Source: an uncultured bacterium
GTDB lineage: Bacteria > Planctomycetota > UBA1135 > GCA-002686595
Direction of reading: 5' to 3'
Length of the DNA: 64,000 nucleotides
Assembly (NCBI GenBank): GCA_943787795.1
Contig: CALSNU010000004.1
Location: forward strand, 224,001 to 288,000
In this document: positions 36,203 through 44,878 of the stretch, in pieces
Numbering within the stretch: position 1 is the first letter of the stretch
Layout: each line of letters starts with the position of its first letter
Translations under genes and position numbers: made by a program
The notes under the pieces: model-generated
Database searches by the model: none
What the model was told of the DNA's origin: nothing
Seen by the model: the letters and a program-made list of their open reading frames with translations, nothing else

Positions 36203-38206
36203 ATGCGCGTCTCGAAACTCCTCGCCGCCGCCTCCTTGATCGCCGCCCCGTTGATGGGGATCGCGGGCGCTCAGGGAGCAGATGACTGCTCCAATGCCCA
36301 GCCCATCTCCGGGCTCGGGACGTTCGCGTTCGACAACACCAGCGCCACCAACGGCGGCCCCTCTGGCTGCGGCAACATCGGAGACGATGTCTGGTGGGCC
36401 TGGACGGCTCCGAGCACGACCGACTACCAGGTCTCCACCTGCGGCAACGCGAACTGGGACACCGTGCTCGCGGTCTTCAGCAGCTGCTCCAACCAGATCA
36501 CCTGCAACGACGACGCCTGCGGCCTGCAGTCCACCGTCAGCTGGTCGGCCATGGCGGGTACGACCTACCTCATCCGCGGCGGCTCCTACTCCGGAAACAG
36601 CAGCGGCGTTGGCTCGATCGAGATCACCGCGGGCGGCGGCGGGAGCGGCGGCTGCGCCAACCCGGCCATTGGACCCGACGTCATCGTCGGCGGCCTCCCG
36701 GGGATCTCCAACTACGGCGCCACCGGCGGCATGGCTGGTTACTCCCTCGGGACCACCTCCTGCAACGTCGGCGACGCCGAGCTGCTCTGGATCTCGAACA
36801 GCAACCAACACCCCGTCATCGGCCAGAACATCTACCGCATCGACGGCGGCCGGTTCGAGCAGATCGGCCAGAGCTGGCTCAAGCACGGCTTCACGGCGCT
36901 CCAACAGGGCCTCTGCTGCAACTGCAACAGCTCCGGCACCGGCACCCGCCTGGGCGTCGGATGCTCCGACCCCTACAGCTCCGGCCTCAACGGATCGCAG
37001 TCGGGTCTCGGCCCGCGCTTCCAGGTCAACGCCTTCACCGGCGCGTTCAGCTACCCGTTCGCCCAGCAGGGCCAAACCGGCGACCGCGTCTTCAAGCGGA
37101 TCCAGGTGGCCAATGACGACGTCGACCCCAGCCTGAACCCCGACGCCACCTACTGGGGTGAGTCCCAGTACATCGCCCCCGACGACGCGCTGGCGGGCAA
37201 CGGCTTCAACAACGTCTCCTACGTCCCCCTCAGCCGCCCCGGCTCCACGACGAACGGCGCGTGGCGCCTCAGCATCGGCGGCGGAACGGTCCGCGAGCAG
37301 CCGGCGATCTACGCCTGGTCCGCGACCACGCCGACCGCCTCCATCGAGGAGATCAATGTCCCCGGTGAGGGCCAGTTCGTCGCCGGCTCCAACGTCGTCG
37401 ACAACGGCGATGGCACCTGGACGTACAACTACGCCATCTTCAACAACAACAGCGACTTCTCCGGCGAGAGCTTCACGGTTCCGCTGGGGTCGAACGTGAC
37501 GGTCACCGACCCTGGGATGTCGTTCCCGCTCTACCACTCTGGCGAGCCGTACACGAACCTGGACTGGAGCCCGACGATCTCCGCCACGGAGATCACCTGG
37601 AACACGCAGAGCTACGTCGTCAACCAGGACGCCAACGCGCTGCGCTGGGGCACGACCTACAGCTTCTGGTTCACCGCCGACGCCGCCCCCGAGGCGAAGT
37701 CCGGTGTCCTCGGGCTCTTCAAGCCCGGTAACCCTGGCGCCCAGGTCTTCCCGACCGAAGGCCCCGGCACCGGCGGCGGGACCCTGATCATCCAGAACTA
37801 CTGCACCCCGGTCCCGAACTCGACCGGGCAGACCTCGACCATGATCGCGTCCAACGTCGACCTGACGCTGCGCACCATGGACCTCGAGGCCGTCAACCTC
37901 ACGCAGAACGCGTTCGGTTACTTCCTCGCCTCCCTGACCCAGGGCTTCATCCCGAACGCTGGCGGAAGCCAGGGCAACCTCTGCCTCGCCGGCGACATCG
38001 GCCGCGGCGTGGGTGGCGGCATCCTGTTCTCCGGCACCTCGGGCTCGTTCTTCACGCCCGTTGACCTGGACCAGATCCCGAGCCCGACGGGGATGACCTC
38101 GGCCATGAGCGGCGACCGCTGGCACTTCCAGGCCTGGCACCGCGACTCGGTCCTCGGCTTCGCCACGTCGAACTTCTCCGACGGCGTCTGGGTTCAGTTT
38201 CCCTGA
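36203..38206 (+). CDS. Secreted Cys-rich multidomain protein of unknown function
   Basis: Signal peptide; DDCSNA...DVWWAWT...DTVLAVF...CNDDAC domain; central PDVIVG...GTTSCNVG...HPVIGQNIYR domain; C-terminal NYC...PNSTG...FQAWHRD...SNFSDG domain. Confidence 0.8.
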   Translation: MRVSKLLAAASLIAAPLMGIAGAQGADDCSNAQPISGLGTFAFDNTSATNGGPSGCGNIGDDVWWAWTAPSTTDYQVSTCGNANWDTVLAVFSSCSNQITCNDDACGLQSTVSWSAMAGTTYLIRGGSYSGNSSGVGSIEITAGGGGSGGCANPAIGPDVIVGGLPGISNYGATGGMAGYSLGTTSCNVGDAELLWISNSNQHPVIGQNIYRIDGGRFEQIGQSWLKHGFTALQQGLCCNCNSSGTGTRLGVGCSDPYSSGLNGSQSGLGPRFQVNAFTGAFSYPFAQQGQTGDRVFKRIQVANDDVDPSLNPDATYWGESQYIAPDDALAGNGFNNVSYVPLSRPGSTTNGAWRLSIGGGTVREQPAIYAWSATTPTASIEEINVPGEGQFVAGSNVVDNGDGTWTYNYAIFNNNSDFSGESFTVPLGSNVTVTDPGMSFPLYHSGEPYTNLDWSPTISATEITWNTQSYVVNQDANALRWGTTYSFWFTADAAPEAKSGVLGLFKPGNPGAQVFPTEGPGTGGGTLIIQNYCTPVPNSTGQTSTMIASNVDLTLRTMDLEAVNLTQNAFGYFLASLTQGFIPNAGGSQGNLCLAGDIGRGVGGGILFSGTSGSFFTPVDLDQIPSPTGMTSAMSGDRWHFQAWHRDSVLGFATSNFSDGVWVQFP

Positions 38207-38223
38207 TCCAGCCACCGGCATGA

Positions 38224-38265
38224 AGCGCGGCCCGCGCGGGAGAGTCCTCCCGCGCGGGCCGCGCT
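38224..38265. terminator. Hairpin between convergent genes
   Basis: AGCGCGGCCCGCGCGGGAG-AGTC-CTCCCGCGCGGGCCGCGCT, 19-bp stem. Confidence 0.8.
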
Positions 38266-38328
38266 CGTTCTGTACGGGGTCGCGCCCGGCCCCTCCCTTG
38301 GCCCGCGGCTGGACCCCGGGAGGGTGAC

Positions 38329-38394
38329 GGTCCGCTGGGGGTCCGCTGGGGGTCCTCAGGGGGTCCTCAGGGGGTCCTCAGGGGGTCCGCTGGG
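38329..38394. repeat. 6 x 11-bp tandem repeat (GGTCCGCTGGG/GGTCCTCAGGG) spanning the xylB stop
   Basis: Read directly. Confidence 0.85.
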
Positions 38395-39844
38395 CGGCGA
38401 CAGCGCCGGCTAGCCGGCCCGCGAGCCGAGCGAGGCGCTCCACGGTCTCCCCGTCAGCCGACGGCTCCACCGCGGCTCCACCGTAGGCAACGAAGCCCTG
38501 GGCGATCCGGTCCACCGGCTCGTCCCGCACCGCCGCGGCGACCTGCAGCGCCGCTCCCACGGCGGCGGTCTCCGTCTCCACCAGCACCCGGACGGGCACG
38601 CCAAAGGTGGTGGCGAGGATCTCTTGCCAGAGGGGGTTTCGGGCGGCGCCCCCAACCAGTCGGACCTCCTCTGGCTCGATGCCCATACGCCGCATGCGCT
38701 CGACACCGGAGGCGAGGTTGAGAGCGACGCCCTCGAGGGCCGCGCGGTAAAGGATCCCCGGCGAGAGTGACCCGGGCCGGAGCCCGGAGAGGGTGGCCGT
38801 CGCGTCCGGGAGGTTCGGAACGCGCTCCCCCATGAAGAAGGGCACGAGCAGCTCCTCCCCCATGGACGCCGTCCGGGCGAGCTCGGTGAGCTCGTCGTGG
38901 CCCTTACCCGTCAGGGCCCGCAGGTCCTCCAGGGGCTCGGTGCAGTTCATCACGCAGAGCAAGGGCAGGTGCCCCGCCACGCCGTCGTCGCCCGCGCTCG
39001 ATGCGCGGAAGCTCGCGATATCGCCACCGGGGTCCACGGCCGGCTCGGCAGCGAAGGCGAAGACGGTGGCCGAGGTCCCGAGGCTGCAGACGGAGACCCC
39101 GGGGCGCGTGGCCCCCGCACCGATCGCGCTCATCATGTTGTCGCCGCCCCCTGCCGAGACCGGGGTGCCGGCCTCAAGGCCGAGCGCCGCCGCCGCGGCG
39201 CCGGAGAGCTCCCCGGCCGGCGCCGCACAGGAGCGGAGCGGGGGGAGGAGATCCGCGAGCCCGGGGGCAGACCGCTCGACGGCCTCAGCGTCGTACGATC
39301 CGCTGGCGGGGTCGAAATAGCCCGTCCCCGACGCGTCCCCCACCTCAGTGAAGAACTCGCCGGTGAGGAAGAGGTTGATGTAGTCGTGGGGCAGCAGCAC
39401 TCGCTGCACCCGTGCCCACACCGCCGGCTCCCGCTCGGCGGACCAGCGGAGCTTCGGCGCGGTGAAGCCCGCAGGGATCGCTCGGCCGAGCTCCGCCGAG
39501 AGTGCGGCGGCCTCCTCAGCGGCGGAGGTATCGCACCAGAGCTTGGCGGGTCGCAGGACCTCATCCCCGGCGCCCAGCAGGACCGCCCCGTGCTGTTGCC
39601 CCGAGACCCCGACCCCGCGTATGCGCGGGCCCAGCCCCAGGGACACCTCGCGGACCGCGGCGATCACGGCCTCCGTCCAGGTGCCCGGATGTTGCTCCGC
39701 GTGTCCAGCGGGGAGCCCCCCGATCAGGTCATAGGACCGAGCAGCCCGGGCCACGACGCTGCCGGAGTCCACGTCTACGAGCACCGCCTTGGTGCTCTGG
39801 GTGCCGACGTCGACGCCGAGGAACAGGTCCCCGTCACCGCTCAT
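38378..39844 (-). CDS. xylB: Xylulokinase
   Basis: GVDVGTQSTK, SGQQHG, LWCDT, GGGDNMMSA, GERVP; overlaps xylA by 4 bp. Confidence 0.92.
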   Translation of the reverse strand: MSGDGDLFLGVDVGTQSTKAVLVDVDSGSVVARAARSYDLIGGLPAGHAEQHPGTWTEAVIAAVREVSLGLGPRIRGVGVSGQQHGAVLLGAGDEVLRPAKLWCDTSAAEEAAALSAELGRAIPAGFTAPKLRWSAEREPAVWARVQRVLLPHDYINLFLTGEFFTEVGDASGTGYFDPASGSYDAEAVERSAPGLADLLPPLRSCAAPAGELSGAAAAALGLEAGTPVSAGGGDNMMSAIGAGATRPGVSVCSLGTSATVFAFAAEPAVDPGGDIASFRASSAGDDGVAGHLPLLCVMNCTEPLEDLRALTGKGHDELTELARTASMGEELLVPFFMGERVPNLPDATATLSGLRPGSLSPGILYRAALEGVALNLASGVERMRRMGIEPEEVRLVGGAARNPLWQEILATTFGVPVRVLVETETAAVGAALQVAAAVRDEPVDRIAQGFVAYGGAAVEPSADGETVERLARLAGRLAGAVAAQRTP

Positions 39845-41016
39845 CCGCGGGCCCCCATCATGTGCTCCACCATGATCTGGTCGAGCCGCTCGTACCTGAG
39901 CCCCTTCGCGCCGATGCCCTCGGCGTCGACCTCCAGGCCCCGAAGCGCGGCGCCGCGCTCCGCGCTGTAGCCGGCGCCGACGTCCACCAGGTTGGCCGCC
40001 ACGGTTCCAGCAAGGATCTCCCGAACGTCAGGGTCGGCGTCGAATGCGGCCGCTCGGGCAGCGAGGAGCTTGTAGGTGCGCATGCAGCCGCTCGCGAACT
40101 CCCATACGCCGTCGTGGTCCTCGGTCCGGTAGGCGTGAGCATCGAAGTGGCGCGGCCCCTCGTAACGGGCGCCGCCGCCGGTCCCCTCGAGCAGCCGGAC
40201 CAGGAGGAACGCCTGCTTCAGGTCCTCGGACCCGAAGCGGAGGTCCTGGTCGTAGCGGCCGATCCGCTGCCCGTTGAGGTCGATGTGGAAGAGTTTGCCG
40301 CACTCCATGGCTTGACCGACCCCGTGGACGAACGAGAGCCCCGCCATGGTCTCGTGCGCCACCTCCGGGTTGACCCCGACCATCTCGCTGTGGTCGAGGG
40401 TCGAGATGAAGTGGAGCATGTGGCCCGTCGTCGAGAGGTAGATGTCACCCCGCGGCTCGTTGGGCTTGGCCTCGAGGGCGAAGCGCATGTCGTAGCCCTG
40501 GTCCTTCACGTATCCGCAGAGGAAGTCGATCGCGTCGCGGAAGTTCGACAGCGCGGTCCGCGGGTCCCGGCAGGCGTCGGCCTCGGCGCCCTCGCGGCCT
40601 CCCCAGAACACGTACGTGCTGGCCCCGAGCTCGACGCCGAGGTCGATGGCGTCCATGGTCTTACGGATGGCGAAGGCCCGCACCGCCGGGTCGTTCGAGG
40701 TGAACGCGCCGTCCTTGAAGATCGGCTGGCTGAACAGGTTGGTCGTGGCCATGGGGCAGACCACCCCAGAGTCGGCCATCGCCCTCTTGAAGTCCCCCAC
40801 GATCCGGTCACGCTCGGCGGCCGAGCTCCCGAACGGGACGAGGTCCTCGTCGTGAAGGTTCACGCCCCAGGCGCCGATCTCTCCCAGCTTGGCGACGATC
40901 TCGCAGGGGTCGAGAACCGGCCGAACGGCGTGACCGAAGGGGTCGCGGCCGGGGTTGCCCACGGTCCAGAGGCCAAAGGAGAAGCGATCGTCGGGGGTGG
41001 GGTCGAGGGAGCTCAT
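39841..41016 (-). CDS. xylA: Xylose isomerase, short class I type
   Basis: FSFGLWTVG, WGGREG, EAKPNEPRGDI, GVNPEVAHE, FHIDLNGQ, YDQDLRFG, HFDAH. Confidence 0.95.
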   Translation of the reverse strand: MSSLDPTPDDRFSFGLWTVGNPGRDPFGHAVRPVLDPCEIVAKLGEIGAWGVNLHDEDLVPFGSSAAERDRIVGDFKRAMADSGVVCPMATTNLFSQPIFKDGAFTSNDPAVRAFAIRKTMDAIDLGVELGASTYVFWGGREGAEADACRDPRTALSNFRDAIDFLCGYVKDQGYDMRFALEAKPNEPRGDIYLSTTGHMLHFISTLDHSEMVGVNPEVAHETMAGLSFVHGVGQAMECGKLFHIDLNGQRIGRYDQDLRFGSEDLKQAFLLVRLLEGTGGGARYEGPRHFDAHAYRTEDHDGVWEFASGCMRTYKLLAARAAAFDADPDVREILAGTVAANLVDVGAGYSAERGAALRGLEVDAEGIGAKGLRYERLDQIMVEHMMGARG

Positions 41017-41098
41017 GGTGGCTCTCGACTCTAAGGGACGGAGCCCGGCCCAGGAACGGTGGCCAGGGAGTCCCCGGCAGCTGAGACCCGGAATAGCA

Positions 41099-41132
41099 AG
41101 GCACCCCGGCGGAGCGAACCGCCGGGGTGCCT
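41099..41132 (-). terminator. Hairpin terminating the candidate selenoprotein gene
   Basis: AGGCACCCCGGCGG-AGCGAA-CCGCCGGGGTGCCT, 14-bp stem, about 55 nt after the final TGA. Confidence 0.7.
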
Positions 41133-41185
41133 GCGTGACGAGGCGCGACGGGCGCCCGGTGTGGGGCGCGCAGCCGCGAGCGCGA

Positions 41186-41836
41186 TCAGAGGATGTAGGT
41201 CTTGTCCTTCTTGATGCTCTTCATCTTCACCTTGTGCTTGGCGAGGGCAGCCTTGAGCTTGGCCTCGTCGAGCTTCTCGTCCTTCTTCATCTGGATGATG
41301 ATCTCCGGACCGGCGTAGACATCGGCGACGTTGTCCCCGAGGGACTTCATGAGGGTCTCACGGACCCTACCGGCGGTGTCGCTTCATGTCAGGCCGGGCG
41401 TCTTGGCGACGTAGGCCGCCTTCGCCCGCGCCGACTCGCGGCTGGTGAGGGAGACCCACTTGAGGCGCTGCTTCTCGATGGCGGCCTTCAGGGCCTTTTC
41501 GTCCACCTTGACCCCCTTCTTCAGGGTGAAGCTGGCGCGGGTGCCGCTCCAGAAGATGCGTTCGATGTCGTCGTCCTCGTCGAGGACAGTGAGGAAGGCC
41601 GCACGGGCCTTCTTGCCCGCGCTTCAGCCCTTGCCGGAGGCATGGAGGGTCCAGACGGTGATCTTGTCCTCCTTGGCCTCCTTCTTCTTCGTGTCGCCCT
41701 TGACGGCGGGGCCGTCGTCACCCTTCTGGGCGATGGGCTTGGAGGTGGGGCCTTCCTGGTGGGCGGTGACGAGAGCGCTTGAAGCGATCCCGGCCACAGC
41801 CACGAGCAGGGCTCCCTGAACCAGTCTTGTGATCAT
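41186..41836 (-). CDS. Candidate exported selenoprotein, 216 aa, two tandem HMA-like domains with in-frame UGA (Sec) at codons 71 and 151
   Basis: The frame continues with normal codon usage through TGA 41624-41626 and TGA 41384-41386: signal peptide...VWTLHASGKG-U-SAGKKARAAF...VDEKALKAAIEK...YVAKTPGLT-U-SDTAGRVRETL...LDEAKLKAALAK...TYIL*. A SECIS-like hairpin follows each UGA. Confidence 0.8.
41352..41368 (-). promoter_or_regulatory. Putative bacterial SECIS element 2
   Basis: AGGGUC-CGUGA-GACCCU; 21 nt between the UGA at 41384-41386 and the loop. Confidence 0.7.
41594..41612 (-). promoter_or_regulatory. Putative bacterial SECIS element 1
   Basis: GAAGGCC-CGUGC-GGCCUUC; 18 nt between the UGA at 41624-41626 and the loop. 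Confidence 0.7.
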
Positions 41837-42090
41837 GAGATGAGGGTTGCTGAGCGCGGGCCAGGAAGCGGCCCGCTGGTTTGTATTACCCGGTGTTCTT
41901 CGCCGCGGGGCTACCGCGCGGACGAGAGGGTTGTGTGAAAACCTCGCGCGCCTCCGGATGACCCTGGGGAATATGCCCCTACCGCGTCAGGGCGCGGCAT
42001 GCCGAATTAGGGTTTACCCTCATTTATGTGCGGCAGCTTCGCTCTCGAAGAGGGAATTGGCCCGGTTCGCTCCCCATCCGCCAGGTACCC

Positions 42091-44802
42091 ATGACTCACC
42101 GCGACCAATCCCTCCTCCTCTGGTTCTCCGAGGTCGGCAGAGACGACGCCGATCTCGTCGGCGGCAAGGGAGCCTCCCTTGGCGAGCTCTACCGCGAGCT
42201 GGTCCCGCGCGGCGTCCGTGTCCCCAACGGCTTCACGACCACGGCGACGGCGTACCGGCGGTTCCTTGAGGCACCCGTGGACCGGGACGCCTGGCTCGAG
42301 GTGGAGGAGCCCGAAGGGCTGGCCAAGGTCCGCGCGACCGCCGTCCGTTGCGACAGCCTGGACGAGGCGCTCCGCGCGTCCTTCGAGGGCGCAGACGCCA
42401 GCGATCAGCTGGAGATGTACGGTCGAACCGCCCTCGCCCGGCAGCTGGTGGAGGAGACCCCCGTCCCCCAGGACGTGATGGACTCCCTTCGGGAAGCCTA
42501 CCGCGAACTCTGCGACGAGTACGGCGCGGAGGTCGACGTGGCGGTCCGGTCCTCGGCCACGGTCGAGGACTCGGCGGACGCGAGCTTCGCAGGCCAGTGC
42601 GAGAGCTACCTCAACGTCCACGGGTTCGAGGAGGTGCTGCTGCGCTGGAAGGAGTGCTGCGCGAGCCTCTTCACCGAGCGCGCCGTCTCGTATCAGCTCG
42701 CCAAGGAGATGGACCCGCTCGCCGCGTCCCTCGCTGTCGTGGTCATGAAGATGGTCCGAAGTGACCTGGCGACCTCCGGGGTGATGTTCACCCTGGACCC
42801 CGACTCCGGACATCCGGGCGTCATCCACGTCAGCTCGAGCTACGGGCTCGGTGAGCTCGTGGTGCAGGGCTCTGTGTCCCCCGATCAGTTCACCATCTGG
42901 AAGGAGGGCCTGCGCCGCGGATACTCCGCCATCGTGCACCGGCACCTCGGCGCCAAGGACCAGGCCATGGTGTACTCCACCCAGGGGGGTACGCGGACCG
43001 AGAGCAACGACACCTCCAGCGCCAGGCGGCGGCAGTGGTCACTCTCAAGGGAGGAGATCAGCGAGCTCGGCCGCATGGCGCTCGCGATCGAAGAGCACTA
43101 CGGCCAGCCCATGGACATCGAGTGGGCGAAGGACGGGCGAAGCCAGGACCTCTTCATCGTCCAGGCTCGCCCAGAGACCGTTCACTCCAAGGCTCGGCCC
43201 ACCGAGATCGTCCGCTACGCGATGCCGTCGGGCCTCGCCGCTCAGCTCGCGGTGGATGGGAAGGTCCTCGCCGAGGGGCAGGCCGTGGGGACGCGTATCG
43301 GCAGCGGCCGTGTGCGGCTCTACAAGAACTACGAGGAGGTCATCCTGCGCAAGCGGGCTCTTCGGGAGCGGATCGCCGCCGGAGAACGCCTCGACGGCAT
43401 TCCCGCGGAGGAGCGCGTCTTCGACTCAGGCGACGTCCTCGTCACCGAGATGACGACCCCCGACTGGGAGCCGCTCATGAAGGACGCCTCCCTGATCATC
43501 ACCGAGAAGGGCGGGCGCACCTCCCACGCCGCGATCATCGCGCGGGAGTTCGGCATCCCGGCCATCGTCGGCTGCGAGGACGCCACCAAGCGCCTCGCCC
43601 CCCTTCAAGAGGTCACGGGCACCTGCGCCGAGGGCGACATCGCCCTGGTCTTCGATGGCATCCACCCCTTCGAGATCGAGCGGACCGAGGTCGACACGTC
43701 GATCGAGCTCGAGACCAAGATCAAGCTCAACGTCGGGTTCCCCTCCAAGGCGCTCACCGACAGCCGCCTCCCCGTGGACGGCGTCGGACTCGCTCGCCTC
43801 GAGTTCATCCTGACCAGCGAGGTCGGCGTCCACCCGCTCGCCCTCCTCTACCGCCAGGAGCTGCAGGACTTCCTGGAGACCGGCAAGGTCGCCCCCGTCC
43901 TGACACGCTTCCAAGAGCGCCTCGAGGCAGAGGGCTCGGAGGAGCTGCGTGGCATGCTCGGGGCCATCGACCGGCGCACCGCGGCCTACGCGGACAAGCG
44001 CCAGTTCTTCGTGGACCGGGTCATGGAAGGCGTCGGCCTCATCTGCGCCGCCTTCCACCCCCGCCCGGTCCTCGTGCGGCTCTCGGACCTGAAGTCCAAC
44101 GAGTACCGCGAGCTCCTCGGCGGGCGACTCTTCGAGCCTGTCGAGGAGAACCCGATGATCGCCTGGCGAGGCGCGAGCCGGTACGTGGACCCCGACTTCA
44201 CCCCCGCCTTCGAGATGGAGTGCGACGCGCTCCGGCTCGTCAAGCGGCGACTTGGCCTTGAGAACCTCGAGCTCATGGTCCCCTTCTGCCGCTCACCAGA
44301 GGAGGGCGCCGAGGTCAGCGAGCTCCTCGCCGACCGCGGGCTGGGCCCCGAGGCCGACGTGCGCCTGTTCCTGATGATCGAGCTGCCCAGCAACGTCATC
44401 GAGGCGGATCGGTTCATCGACGCCATGGACCTCACGGGCGGCTCGATCGGCTCGAACGACCTGGTTCAGACGGTCTACGCCGTCAGCCGTGACGACCTCG
44501 AGGGGTACCGCCACGCCGTGGACGCCCGCTCCCCCGCGGTCCAGCGCATGATCGCCGACGCGATCACGGCCTACCGCCAAAGGGGGCTGGAGATCGGCAT
44601 CTGCGGCCAGGCCCCGAGCGACCACCCGGACGAGATCCCCGCGTTCCTGGTCCAGTGCGGCATCAGCTCGATCTCCGTCACCCCCGACACCGCTCTGGAC
44701 GTGCGCCTCGCCGTCGCTCAAGCGGAGGCCGACGCGCGGGCGGAAGCCGGAGTCCGCAACGAAACCTCCGCCACGCCGGGGCCCGACACCGACGTGGCCT
44801 GA
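42091..44802 (+). CDS. ppsA: Phosphoenolpyruvate synthase (pyruvate, water dikinase)
   Basis: VGGKGASLGE, VAVRSSATVED, DIEWAKDG, IVQARPETVHS, GGRTSHAAIIARE, SIGSNDL, GICGQAPSD. Confidence 0.95.
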   Translation: MTHRDQSLLLWFSEVGRDDADLVGGKGASLGELYRELVPRGVRVPNGFTTTATAYRRFLEAPVDRDAWLEVEEPEGLAKVRATAVRCDSLDEALRASFEGADASDQLEMYGRTALARQLVEETPVPQDVMDSLREAYRELCDEYGAEVDVAVRSSATVEDSADASFAGQCESYLNVHGFEEVLLRWKECCASLFTERAVSYQLAKEMDPLAASLAVVVMKMVRSDLATSGVMFTLDPDSGHPGVIHVSSSYGLGELVVQGSVSPDQFTIWKEGLRRGYSAIVHRHLGAKDQAMVYSTQGGTRTESNDTSSARRRQWSLSREEISELGRMALAIEEHYGQPMDIEWAKDGRSQDLFIVQARPETVHSKARPTEIVRYAMPSGLAAQLAVDGKVLAEGQAVGTRIGSGRVRLYKNYEEVILRKRALRERIAAGERLDGIPAEERVFDSGDVLVTEMTTPDWEPLMKDASLIITEKGGRTSHAAIIAREFGIPAIVGCEDATKRLAPLQEVTGTCAEGDIALVFDGIHPFEIERTEVDTSIELETKIKLNVGFPSKALTDSRLPVDGVGLARLEFILTSEVGVHPLALLYRQELQDFLETGKVAPVLTRFQERLEAEGSEELRGMLGAIDRRTAAYADKRQFFVDRVMEGVGLICAAFHPRPVLVRLSDLKSNEYRELLGGRLFEPVEENPMIAWRGASRYVDPDFTPAFEMECDALRLVKRRLGLENLELMVPFCRSPEEGAEVSELLADRGLGPEADVRLFLMIELPSNVIEADRFIDAMDLTGGSIGSNDLVQTVYAVSRDDLEGYRHAVDARSPAVQRMIADAITAYRQRGLEIGICGQAPSDHPDEIPAFLVQCGISSISVTPDTALDVRLAVAQAEADARAEAGVRNETSATPGPDTDVA

Positions 44803-44820
44803 GCCGCGAGGCTCCGTCGC

Positions 44821-44878
44821 TCACTCCGGCCGCGAGGTCACTCCGGCCGCGAGGCCCCGCCGGTCACTCCGGCCGCGG
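44821..44878. repeat. Three copies of TCACTCCGGCCGCG, duplicating the stop region of the HtrA gene
   Basis: Copies at 44821, 44838 and 44864. Confidence 0.85.

Noticed and set aside
41186..41350. Small Lys-rich ORF (MKSLGDN...KTYIL) as a stand-alone ribosomal protein such as L33
   Set aside because: No ribosomal protein motif; it is in frame with the upstream UGA-containing gene and forms most of its second domain.
40955..41782. 275-aa plus-strand ORF
   Set aside because: Antisense shadow of the selenoprotein frame; no recognisable motifs and it overlaps the xylA start.
41186..41836. Pseudogene with two nonsense mutations, or a genome-wide UGA reassignment
   Set aside because: Both TGAs fall at the same motif position of two repeated domains and each has a matching hairpin, which random decay would not produce. 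TGA is the normal stop for most other genes here, so the genetic code is not reassigned.
42009..42020. Palindrome AGGGTTTACCCT in the AT-richer gap between the selenoprotein gene and ppsA
   Set aside because: Too short and single-copy to call as an operator without comparative data.
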